DNA of 18,212 nt, taken from assembly GCA_031366795.1 (NCBI GenBank), contig JANLOX010000416.1, positions 1 through 18,212 of the forward strand. Reading direction: 5' to 3'. Origin of the DNA: Candidatus Eiseniibacteriota bacterium. Its GTDB lineage: Bacteria; Eisenbacteria; RBG-16-71-46. Shown here piece after piece: positions 1 through 7,492 of this stretch (within the stretch, counting starts at the first letter, position 1; every line of letters begins with the position of its first letter). A program made the position numbers and the translations under genes. The notes under the pieces are model-generated. The model did no database searches. It was not told the origin of the DNA and saw only the letters and a list, made by a program, of their open reading frames with translations.

Positions 1-537
1 CATCTCGTGCGCCATTGCATCCGCGTGGTGGGCGTGGGTACCGTGGGAGGTCCTAACGCTTTCATCGCGTGCAGTGCCCCGCGTCGGTGATTGGGCCGCG
101 GGATGTTGAGCATGGCGACGATCATCGGCCGGTACGGCGTCAGCGACCGGGGCGGCCGCGTCCGGTCGTTGCGCTGCCGGCTGCGCATTGCAGAGATGTC
201 GCGGTAGAGATTCCCCAGCGCAGTGGTGGCCGCACGCTTCAATCGCCGACATGATTTCCGTAGGGCCCGTTCGCGTTGGATCGTAGGTGATCGTAGCCGA
301 GCCCGACACGGGGTTTACCGACGCGCCCATGACACCCGTCAGCCGAATGAGCTGTCTTTCGATTCCCTGTGCGCTCAGGACCGACAATAGGTCTCGCACC
401 TCCATTGTCGTCTTCTGGATCCCCGGCGCCCCGGGCTTGGACTGGTTATCCGATGTGCCAAGCTCGCTCCCAGACTGCGGGCTGCCATCGGCCTGATGGG
501 AATGCGCGTGACCATCGGCCGCGATCTGAGGGTTCAT
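1..537 (-). CDS. Heavy-metal (probably copper) translocating P1B-type ATPase, N-terminal 179 codons only; runs off the left edge
   Basis: Not in the ORF track. Hand translation from the ATG at 537 (GGAGG at 551-547) is open to position 1: MNPQIAADGHAHSHQ...TTMEVRDLLSVLSAQGIERQLIRLTGVMGASVNPVSGSATITYDPTRTGPTEIMSAIEACGHHCAGESLPRHLC...SHGTHAHHADAMAHEM. This is an HMA-like domain followed by a His/Met-rich linker, as precedes TM1 in CopF/CopA-like ATPases. The catalytic core lies outside the window. Confidence 0.8.
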   Translation of the reverse strand, partial: MNPQIAADGHAHSHQADGSPQSGSELGTSDNQSKPGAPGIQKTTMEVRDLLSVLSAQGIERQLIRLTGVMGASVNPVSGSATITYDPTRTGPTEIMSAIEACGHHCAGESLPRHLCNAQPAAQRPDAAAPVADAVPADDRRHAQHPAAQSPTRGTARDESVRTSHGTHAHHADAMAHEM

Positions 538-727
538 TGGCTCTTTCCTCCGTGGTCAAAATCAACCGGTCAAGCGTGCAAGTACAAGGAGGGCTGTAAT
601 GGCAGGCTTTAGCCGCCGTGTTGCTTGTGCCCCGCGACATAGAGAAGGAGACCTGCGAGCCAGATTCCGCAGGAGATACGTATCCATGTGGCGACGTGAC
701 GCGTTATTCTCCCTACCAACGTAGTCC

Positions 728-1168
728 TCACCGCCTGACGACGAGCACGCTGCAGGGTGCATGGGTTACGACGTGGGAGGCGACGCTTCCCATTAGCAGC
801 TTCTCGAGCCCCGTGCGTCCGTGCGAACCCACGACGAGCAGGTCGGCCCCCTCCTTCCTCACCTCTTCAATCAGCGCCTCACGTGGATCGCCTTGCAGCA
901 CTCGCACCTGGGTGCGCAAGCCCGCGTCCGCGAGTTTCCGAGCGGCGCGCGAGACGACGCCCTCGTGCAACTTGGTCAGCTCCGCGAGCCAGCCGCTGGG
1001 ATCCATGGCGACCGGCAGATTGCTCTCCGAAGACGCAGAGGTAATCAGCGGTAGCTGTATCGCCGAACACACGACCACGTCCGTGTCCGCGGGCCACGAC
1101 AGCCTCCGCACGAACTGCAACGTGATGTCCGCATGCGACGAGTTATCCAAGCCAATCAGCACTTTCAT
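728..1168 (-). CDS. Universal stress protein (UspA family), single domain, 146 aa
   Basis: MKVLIGLDNS N-terminus and the GDP...ADLLVVGSHGRTGLEKLLMGSVASHVVTHAPCSVLVVR signature; GGAGGTG SD just upstream. Confidence 0.95.
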   Translation of the reverse strand: MKVLIGLDNSSHADITLQFVRRLSWPADTDVVVCSAIQLPLITSASSESNLPVAMDPSGWLAELTKLHEGVVSRAARKLADAGLRTQVRVLQGDPREALIEEVRKEGADLLVVGSHGRTGLEKLLMGSVASHVVTHAPCSVLVVRR

Positions 1169-1223
1169 GACACCTCCATCTTGATCCGCATTAGTTAGCC
1201 CTGGTGCCCGCCTTGGGTCTTGG

Positions 1224-1524
1224 TCATCCCGTCTGGCGAGCCGTGGGAGACGCCATCGACGTGGACCACGTCACATGCTGGTAGATGGCCGACCAATAGC
1301 CGCCGAACGCCGCTGCGAAGAGCAGCTCCTCGACCGGCAGACCGGCGATCAGGATCCCTGACAGTGCGGGAAGGTTCCATACGCGTCCGATGTAACCCGG
1401 CGCTGTTGCCTCGAGGGCGAGCAGGAGGACGGTATAGAACGTGAGGAAAAGGAGCGCACCCATCGCGGTCTTGGCTTTCAGGTCCAGCCGGCAGGCGATC
1501 GCCGAAAGCGCACCAGCTCCCATC
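1224..1524 (-). pseudogene. 3' part of an IS-disrupted polytopic membrane protein (lycopene cyclase domain-containing family)
   Basis: MGAGALSAIACRLDL...VWNLPALSGILIAGLPVEELLFAAAFG carries the G-x-P-x-EE-x-x-F motif of CrtYc/d-type domains. It joins in frame to 2905..3323 once the IS and one ATC copy are removed. Confidence 0.88.
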
Positions 1525-1548
1525 TGGAGTTGACCCGGTTTCGTGGAC
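1525..1548 (+). repeat. IS left inverted repeat
   Basis: TGGAGTTGACCCGGTTTCGTGGAC versus the reverse complement of the right end, TGGAGTTGCCCCGATTCGGTGGAC. Confidence 0.95.
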
Positions 1549-1578
1549 ACCTGACCATTTGGGTCGGAGGTCACCACG

Positions 1579-1902
1579 ATGCCGAAGAAGTCTGCACCCC
1601 CAGCACCATACCCGCCTGAGCTTCGTCGCCGGCTAATCGAGTTGGTTCGTGCGGGCCAGACGCCCGAGGAACTGGCGAAGAAGTTCGAACCCACGTCGCA
1701 GTCGATACGGAACTGGGTCCGCCAGGCCGATCTCGACGCCGGTAAGCGCACGGATGGGCTGACGACGGAAGAGCGAGCGGAACTGGTCCAGCTTCGTCGC
1801 GAAGTTCGAACGCTGCGTGAAGAGCGAGAAATACTGAAAACAGCCGCGGCCTGGTTCGCGCAGGAGACGCAGTCGACTCCGAACAAGCGTTCGGGTTCAT
1901 GA
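1579..1902 (+). CDS. IS3-family transposase OrfA (HTH plus leucine zipper), 107 aa
   Basis: YPPELRRRLIELVRAG...LAKKF...SIRNWVRQ HTH and the ELVQLRREVRTLREEREILK zipper; GGAGG SD upstream. Confidence 0.95.
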   Translation: MPKKSAPPAPYPPELRRRLIELVRAGQTPEELAKKFEPTSQSIRNWVRQADLDAGKRTDGLTTEERAELVQLRREVRTLREEREILKTAAAWFAQETQSTPNKRSGS

Positions 1903-2810
1903 GCGCCCACCAGGCCGAACACCGGATCACCACGATGTGCCGTCTGTTGGGCTTCTCTCCCAGCGGATACTACGCGTACAAGAAGCGGAAACCTTCGGCA
2001 CGAGCGCGAGCGAACGGGCAACTGCTCGCACGCATGCGCACGATCCACGTGAAGTCGCGTGAGACCTATGGTGCGCCGCGAATGCACGCCGAGCTCAAGG
2101 AAGAGGGGCTTGCGGTCGGACGCAACCGCATTGCTCGACTGATGCGGCAAGCAGGGCTCGTCGGCGCGAGCCGTCGCAAGGGATGTTGGACCACGCGTCG
2201 TGACAAGAACGCGCAGCCTGCGCCCGATCTCGTCCGCAGGGAGTTCATGGCGGACGCACCGGACCGTTTGTGGGTCGCCGACATCACCTACATCCCGACG
2301 TGGACGGGATTCCTGTTCCTGTCGGTGGTCCTCGACGTGTTCAGCCGGCGAATCGTCGGCTGGGCGATGGCGAATCACCTTCGGACGGAGTTGATCCTCG
2401 AGGCATTGGAGATGGCGCTGCACCGGCGTCGCCCGCAGGACGTGATCCATCATTCGGATCAGGGCTGCCAGTACACGTCGATCGCATTCGGCTCGCGCTG
2501 TCGCGAAGCCGGCGTGCGGCCGTCGATGGGATCGGTGGGTGACTGCTTCGACAACGCCATGTGCGAATCGTTCTTCGCCACACTCGAGTGCGAGCTGCTG
2601 GTGAAGCACCGCTTCCGTACTCAGGCCGAGGCGGTGCCGGTCACGTTCGAATTCATCGAGGGCTGGTACAACACGCAGCGTCGTCACTCGTCGCTGGGAC
2701 AAATCTCGCCTATCGCGTTCGAAAGGAGGTACGCTGCCGCGCGTGAGGCCGGGTCGCTTGAAAACGGCTTCCAAGGATGCCCCCAGAACAGCGATCATGC
2801 TCCGGCATGA
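1899..2810 (+). CDS. IS3-family transposase OrfB (DDE integrase core), 303 aa
   Basis: YGAPRMHAEL, WVADITY (D), HHSDQGCQY (D), DNAMCESFF (E), WYNTQRRHSSLG; ATGA overlap with orfA. Confidence 0.96.
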   Translation: MSAHQAEHRITTMCRLLGFSPSGYYAYKKRKPSARARANGQLLARMRTIHVKSRETYGAPRMHAELKEEGLAVGRNRIARLMRQAGLVGASRRKGCWTTRRDKNAQPAPDLVRREFMADAPDRLWVADITYIPTWTGFLFLSVVLDVFSRRIVGWAMANHLRTELILEALEMALHRRRPQDVIHHSDQGCQYTSIAFGSRCREAGVRPSMGSVGDCFDNAMCESFFATLECELLVKHRFRTQAEAVPVTFEFIEGWYNTQRRHSSLGQISPIAFERRYAAAREAGSLENGFQGCPQNSDHAPA

Positions 2811-2880
2811 GTCCAAGGTCGGGGGCTGGCGACGCGAAACTGCGTCTCGCACGGCCGCCGATCAACCGCAGTCCTCACCC

Positions 2881-2904
2881 GTCCACCGAATCGGGGCAAC
2901 TCCA
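2881..2904 (-). repeat. IS right inverted repeat
   Basis: GTCCACCGAATCGGGGCAACTCCA, followed directly by the ATC duplication. Confidence 0.95.
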
Positions 2905-3323
2905 ATCGCCACGATCGCCGGGTATATCGGATTCCAGTGCAAGAGCAGTAGTGGCGGGAATACGAGTACGGGCGCCGCCAATGCCAGTTTGTGGAAGCGA
3001 TGCCGCATGTGACGCTGCTTCGCCGCCGGCATGCGCACCGTGACGCGGCGGGTGAGTGCATCGTAGAGCACCAGCCCCACGCCCCCGATCGCAAAGCTGA
3101 AGATCAAGCTCTCGAGGTCGAAGCCTGTGCGCCGGGCGAGCTCGAACAGGCTGGGTGGAGACCAGTAGGCCGGGACGAACAGGGGCTCGGTGAGCCCGAA
3201 CGGCATGGTGAGCAAGCTCGCACGCAGCATGACCCGACGCCTGGCGGGAATTGCGAGATAGAGCCCGAGCCAGGGAATCAGGAACGCGCTCGACCAGAAG
3301 AGCCAAACGTAGTGATCGGGCAT
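2905..3323 (-). pseudogene. 5' part of the IS-disrupted lycopene cyclase domain-containing membrane protein (238 aa when reconstructed)
   Basis: MPDHYVWLFWSSAFLIPWLGLY...TEPLFVPAYWSPPSLF...GFDLESLIFSFAIGG...WNPIYPAIVA, hydrophobic and multi-TM. The start at ATG 3323 is inferred; the upstream extension in the ORF track overlaps the neighbouring gene. Confidence 0.88.
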
Positions 3324-3402
3324 GGTCAGACTCACCACAGGGTCGAGGCAGGGGAATCGAACTTCCTCGTCACGGCGATCGCGAATCGTCCAGCATCGCG
3401 AT

Positions 3403-3996
3403 TCACGATCCTCCCGTCGCTTGCGATAGCGACCGCACACCTCCAAAGCGAGGAATGCAACCGGGGGTGATCGCAGCATACCGCGCATACGCCTCGCCGA
3501 ATGCCGCAGCCGCTTCGCGCTCCTCGCGACGCGTGAGCTTCATATACATGATGACCAGAATGGGGAACATCACCAGCGTGACGAGGGTGGGCCATTGGAG
3601 CAGGAATCCCAGCATGATGGTGATGAATCCGGCGTACTGCGGATGGCGCACGCGAGCGTAGGGCCCCTGAGTGGCGAGCGTGGCACTGCGCTGCGCCTGG
3701 TACAACACGCGCCACGCTGACCCGATGAGGAGAACTCCACCGAATACGAGCACGTTGCTCAAGATATGGAGTGGGTTGAGGTGTGGATCACCCTTCCACC
3801 CAATAACCGTGTAGAGCAAGTGACCGGCGTCGTGGGATAACAGATCCACGCCTGGTAGCCGCTTGGCGAGCCAGCCAGAGAGCAGATAGATCGCAAGGGG
3901 AAAGTCGTACATCTCGGTGAAGAGTGCCACCAGAAACGTTGAGAACGCGCCAAACGAACGCCAGTCACGCGCGGTGCGCAGTTTCGCAAAGCTGAA
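3403..3996 (-). pseudogene. Isoprenylcysteine carboxyl methyltransferase (ICMT/Ste14) family membrane protein, 5'-truncated
   Basis: FSFAKLRTARDWRSFGAFSTFLVALFTEMY...LATQGPYARVRHPQY...REE...FGEAYARY. The frame upstream of FSF is the alternative frame of the DUF2933 gene and has no SD or first TM helix. Confidence 0.8.
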
Positions 3997-4172
3997 TGGA
4001 ACAAGTATAGGAGGAGGCAGAGCAGTAGGAGCACAAATGGCAGCGCCTCGAACAGGTGCGCGCGATGCTTCGTGAACAGAAGAAACACGGCGATCCCAGC
4101 AAAGCCGATCCACGCCCAGCCGGAAGCTGACCGAAACCACGGTCTTGCGGGCTCTGTAGAAGGCTCGTTCAT
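3996..4172 (-). pseudogene. DUF2933-like small membrane protein, 3'-truncated; reads on out of frame to a stop at 3759
   Basis: Strong SD (GGAGGAGG). WFRSASGWAWIGFAGIAVFLLFTKHRAHLFEALPFVLLLLCLLLYLFH matches the EHRAH...LP.LLLL.CPL.H.F pattern as recalled; the His/Gly tail and native stop are missing. Confidence 0.78.
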
Positions 4173-4301
4173 GGCTGCCTCCTCCGTGGCAAGTTCTCTC
4201 GCGTGTATCTATGTCCCCGCATTGGAACCGAGTCGTACAGTCGCTTCAGGGCGCAGGCTCCGCCCCTTCGCAGCACGCTGCCCCGCCACGCGCGGTCTTC
4301 T

Positions 4302-4685
4302 CTACGACTTTTCCAATTGATGGGCGCTGACGGTGCCGCAACACCCTCCTGAGCTGTCTACGACGGGCAAGCTCGTGGCGCGATGCTCATGGAGTTTGCG
4401 GCGCGCCTCCTCAACCGGCTCATCTGCGCCACAACACACCGACGCGGGTCGCATAATCTCTTCGACTCGCACTTCGGACGCATTGCGGTCATCAGCCGCC
4501 ATGCCGCAACACACGTCGCGCTCGGTGACGACACCTACCAGCTTGAGGCGTTCTGTACTCTCTACCACCGGCGTGCAGCCGCAGCCTGACTCACGCATCG
4601 CTCGCGCAGCGTGTGCCGCCGTGTCTTGCGGCGTACAGCACGCAGATGCTTCGATTGGTTTCATCACATCACTACAACAACTCAT
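4302..4685 (-). CDS. Stand-alone CBS-pair protein, unusually Cys-rich (12 Cys in 127 aa)
   Basis: CBS motifs AARAMRE...PVVE...LVGVVTERD and VEEIMR...ARRKLHEH...LPVVD...GTVS; AAGGAGG SD. Confidence 0.9.
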   Translation of the reverse strand: MSCCSDVMKPIEASACCTPQDTAAHAARAMRESGCGCTPVVESTERLKLVGVVTERDVCCGMAADDRNASEVRVEEIMRPASVCCGADEPVEEARRKLHEHRATSLPVVDSSGGCCGTVSAHQLEKS

Positions 4686-4783
4686 TGTCTGTGCCTCCTT
4701 TGGTTATTTCGATCGCACGTCGCTATCGTCATTGCGCAACAGGGACAGCCCATCTATCGGACACGCAGCAACGCAAGCCCTTC

Positions 4784-5314
4784 CTACATCTTCATTTTCA
4801 TCTGGCTCCCCTTACTGCCCGACATCATCTTCGACATGGCATCAAGGTGTGTGTGCACGCTGGCTACCAAGGTGGAGACTTTCTTCGCATCTGGCGTGGC
4901 CGCCTGAACCTCTTGCTCCAGTGCCGTAAGCTGGGTGTTCAGTTCGGCCTGATGGGTCTCCATTTGCTGCATCATACCGCTCAGTTTGGTCTGCATTTCA
5001 GCGCTCATGGCCTGTACGTGTTCTTGATGATGCTGTTTCATCTGATCAAAACTGCGCCGCATCTCGGTCACTGCGGCGCGGGCGAATTCCACATCGACTG
5101 AGCTGGCGCGAGCCGTTTGCTCCTGCAGGGCCTTCGCAAACACAGTCATGTTCTGACAGTAAGCCATGGCTAGGGCGTGATGCGGCTCATCGGCCATCAT
5201 CATGTGATCGTGGGACATCTCATGTTTGCCTGGTGTTGCGGATTGCGATGCCGTTGCGCTAAGGACTCCGAATGACAGGGTCAAGAGGAGCGTTGAAAGT
5301 AGTCTTGTCTTCAT
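4784..5314 (-). CDS. Secreted Met/His-rich all-helical protein of unknown function (candidate periplasmic Cu/Ag-binding protein), 176 aa
   Basis: Sec-type signal MKTRLLSTLLLTLSFGVLSATA; 20 Met and 11 His counted by hand; amphipathic helices; AAGGAG SD. Confidence 0.85.
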   Translation of the reverse strand: MKTRLLSTLLLTLSFGVLSATASQSATPGKHEMSHDHMMMADEPHHALAMAYCQNMTVFAKALQEQTARASSVDVEFARAAVTEMRRSFDQMKQHHQEHVQAMSAEMQTKLSGMMQQMETHQAELNTQLTALEQEVQAATPDAKKVSTLVASVHTHLDAMSKMMSGSKGSQMKMKM

Positions 5315-5598
5315 TGTGATTCTCCTTTAGGAGGGTGTGATATGTGACTCGTCAAATTCTGTTCCGCCAAGACTAAAGAACCTATTGCATTACCGCTGGA
5401 ACTCCTCAGCGCGCTATGTGTTCATGACACTAGGCAACTCAAGTCCCTCCTATCGATCGCCTCGCCTCTTCGCGAGCAACCCATGTTGCCCATGAGTCAT
5501 CCCGCCGCGGGCAAAGGTCACCGCTGTGCACATCGTTCGCGTGAAACACCTAGCGCCCGCCGCCGGGATCATGGACTGTAGGTAACCGGCCCGCGCTC

Positions 5599-6312
5599 AT
5601 GAAGTCGGCCAAACCGAAACTCCTTATCGGCGAATGCAGCCACCGCTGGTTCGGGATTGTTTCGGTGCTGGTCAAAGTCGAGGAGGGTTGCCAGTTGCAT
5701 CTGCCGCGCGCGTGCTATGACCCATTGATCCGGCAGACCCTGCCGCAGGAAACCTTTCGCCGCCTGGTCCTCACCCCGGCCGGCCTTGCATGCGGCGATC
5801 GGGTGCTTGACTTGGGATGTGGAACAGGTTCGCACGCCACCATCATCAAGCGGGTCCACCCGGACGCCTGCGTGGTGGGGATTGACGACGATCCGGAAGC
5901 GATCGCGCTGGCGAAAGCGCGCGCCGCCAGGGAGTCGGTTGCCATCGTATTTCGGCACGGCAACGCGACCCAGTTGCCCTTCGAGGGTCAATCCTTCGAC
6001 CACGTCTTCTCCTCCTTCTTGTTTCATCACCTGGATCGGGCCGGCAAGTGTCGTACCCTCAGCGAAATCCTTCGCATCCTGCGAATGGGCGGGCACCTGC
6101 ACCTTGTCGACTTCGCGCGGCCGCAGGGCTGGCGCATGCGCCTGGCGTTTGTCTTCATTCGCCTGACACATCAGCACGCATCACTGGACGACAATGTCCG
6201 TGGAATGCTGCCCACACTTTTGCGCGAAGCGGGATTTACCAGCCCAATGCAGGAAGTGCGTGCACAGTCGCCCTTCGGAACGATCGGGATACTGCACGCC
6301 GGCAAGGAATGA
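5599..6312 (+). CDS. Class I SAM-dependent methyltransferase (UbiE/Methyltransf_11-like); start uncertain
   Basis: VLDLGCGTG motif I, VVGID, GNATQLPFEGQSFDHVFSSFLFHHL, EILRILRMGG. No SD before 5599. Confidence 0.85.
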   Translation: MKSAKPKLLIGECSHRWFGIVSVLVKVEEGCQLHLPRACYDPLIRQTLPQETFRRLVLTPAGLACGDRVLDLGCGTGSHATIIKRVHPDACVVGIDDDPEAIALAKARAARESVAIVFRHGNATQLPFEGQSFDHVFSSFLFHHLDRAGKCRTLSEILRILRMGGHLHLVDFARPQGWRMRLAFVFIRLTHQHASLDDNVRGMLPTLLREAGFTSPMQEVRAQSPFGTIGILHAGKE

Positions 6313-6459
6313 ATCGAAACCCGCCGCACCCCCACCCGCAAGTCCTCTCTCTTGATGTTCGCCTCGATCCTGCGCCGCCCGCGCGATCCCCACAGTGACT
6401 GGTCGTACAGCTCATCGGCGAACTTCAGCGTGAGCGGGGGGCGCGACCTTCAGCGGTCG

Positions 6460-6822
6460 CTACTTCGTCGCCATTGCCGCCATATCCTGACAAGCCTTCG
6501 CGCCCTGCCGACATGCATCCGCACATCGACGCATCGTCGCATCGTCACTGAACTGTTCGCAGTCCTTGGCGCACGTTTCGCACACCTTGGCGCACACCCC
6601 ACAGACGTGAACCTGATGCGCTGAGCCCCGCACCATAAAGTCCGCCGCAGTGGCGCAGATCCTCGCGCAATCGAGCAGCAATGTGATGTGCTCGGGCGTT
6701 GCGTGCGCTCCGCCGAGCCCAAGGCAGTGAGACACAGAGGACGCGCATGCCTGCTCACACGACCGACAGGACTCGATACAGGCTTCCACCTTTGGGTTAT
6801 CCATCGCCATGTCCTGGTGCAT
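6460..6822 (-). CDS. Four-helix-bundle copper-storage protein (DUF326, Csp3-like, cytoplasmic), 120 aa
   Basis: Repeated CxxxC/CxxC helices with 15 Cys (CIESCRSCEQAC, DCARIC, CGVCAKVCETCAKDC, CADAC...C); no signal peptide. The GGGAG SD favours ATG 6822 over the ORF-track start at 6927. Confidence 0.92.
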   Translation of the reverse strand: MHQDMAMDNPKVEACIESCRSCEQACASSVSHCLGLGGAHATPEHITLLLDCARICATAADFMVRGSAHQVHVCGVCAKVCETCAKDCEQFSDDATMRRCADACRQGAKACQDMAAMATK

Positions 6823-6919
6823 TGGTTTCATCTCCCTTTTGTAACGAGGTTGAACCTCACGGCCATGGGGCCAGCGAGTACGTGCCACGCGGCCCTGCAA
6901 AGGAACAGAGAGCGTGCGG

Positions 6920-7492
6920 CTAAGCACACTTCCGATACCACCGACAGAGCCAGTCCTTCATGGTGACGATCTCCCGTTGCTGAGATTGCTCAATCTGGTG
7001 ACACATATCGCGCAACTCAGTGTGCTTGCTGCGGCGCTTGCACGCTTTCGCCTGTCGCACTGCCGCGGCGTGGTGTCGAATCATCATCTGCAGGAACTCC
7101 TTTTCGAAGGCTTCTCCCTTCAGCCTCTCGAGGGGCCGCATGCTCGCCATCATTGTGGGTGGCTCATGGGTGCGTCCATACCATTGCTTGAGCCAGGCCT
7201 GCATCTGCTCAATCTCAGCGCGCTGGGCAACGGCAATGGTGTCGCCGAGGCTTCCCAGTTCGGTGTGGATGGCCTGTGCGTGCAGGAGTTCGCTCATGTG
7301 CACCGCCATGGCGTGATGGTCGATCATTCCTTCCAGGAAGCGGATCTCGAACCGGCTCGCCGATGGCGTCCCTGCCTCCCGGGTGGCGACGTGTTCGTGC
7401 GGCCCCTGGGCCAACGCAGCGGAGTCCAACATGAGAAGAGCGAGCGCCGCGGGGAAGCCGGCGCGGAGACGGGAAATAAGGGACCCATGCAT
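6920..7492 (-). CDS. DUF305 (CopM-like) exported ferritin-like metal-binding protein, 190 aa
   Basis: Signal peptide ending ALA-Q; two repeats of F..xMIxHH..A...QxxEIxxMxxWLxxWY; GGAGG SD. Confidence 0.92.
   Translation of the reverse strand: MHGSLISRLRAGFPAALALLMLDSAALAQGPHEHVATREAGTPSASRFEIRFLEGMIDHHAMAVHMSELLHAQAIHTELGSLGDTIAVAQRAEIEQMQAWLKQWYGRTHEPPTMMASMRPLERLKGEAFEKEFLQMMIRHHAAAVRQAKACKRRSKHTELRDMCHQIEQSQQREIVTMKDWLCRWYRKCA

Larger units (their letters stand above)
1525..2904 (+). mobile_element. Complete IS3-family insertion sequence, 1380 bp
   Basis: 5'-TG...CA-3' ends; 24-bp imperfect terminal inverted repeats (20/24 match); 3-bp direct repeat ATC at 1522-1524 and 2905-2907; orfA followed by orfB in the -1 frame. 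Confidence 0.97.

Noticed and set aside
675..684. Perfect palindrome GATACGTATC upstream of the ATPase
   Set aside because: A single 10-bp palindrome is expected by chance in 18 kb and matches no operator I recognise.
1224..2852. 542-aa minus-strand ORF spanning the IS
   Set aside because: Antisense shadow of the transposase that happens to run into the 3' half of the disrupted gene; only the last 99 aa look like real protein.
5322..5333. CTCCTTTAGGAG mini-palindrome over the SD of the Met/His gene
   Set aside because: Only a 4-5 bp stem, too weak to claim regulation.
6313..6459. Coding-like minus-strand stretch (LKFADELYDQ...RIEANIKRE) between convergent genes; also searched for a terminator
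   Set aside because: No start codon or identifiable family, and no hairpin with a U-tract.
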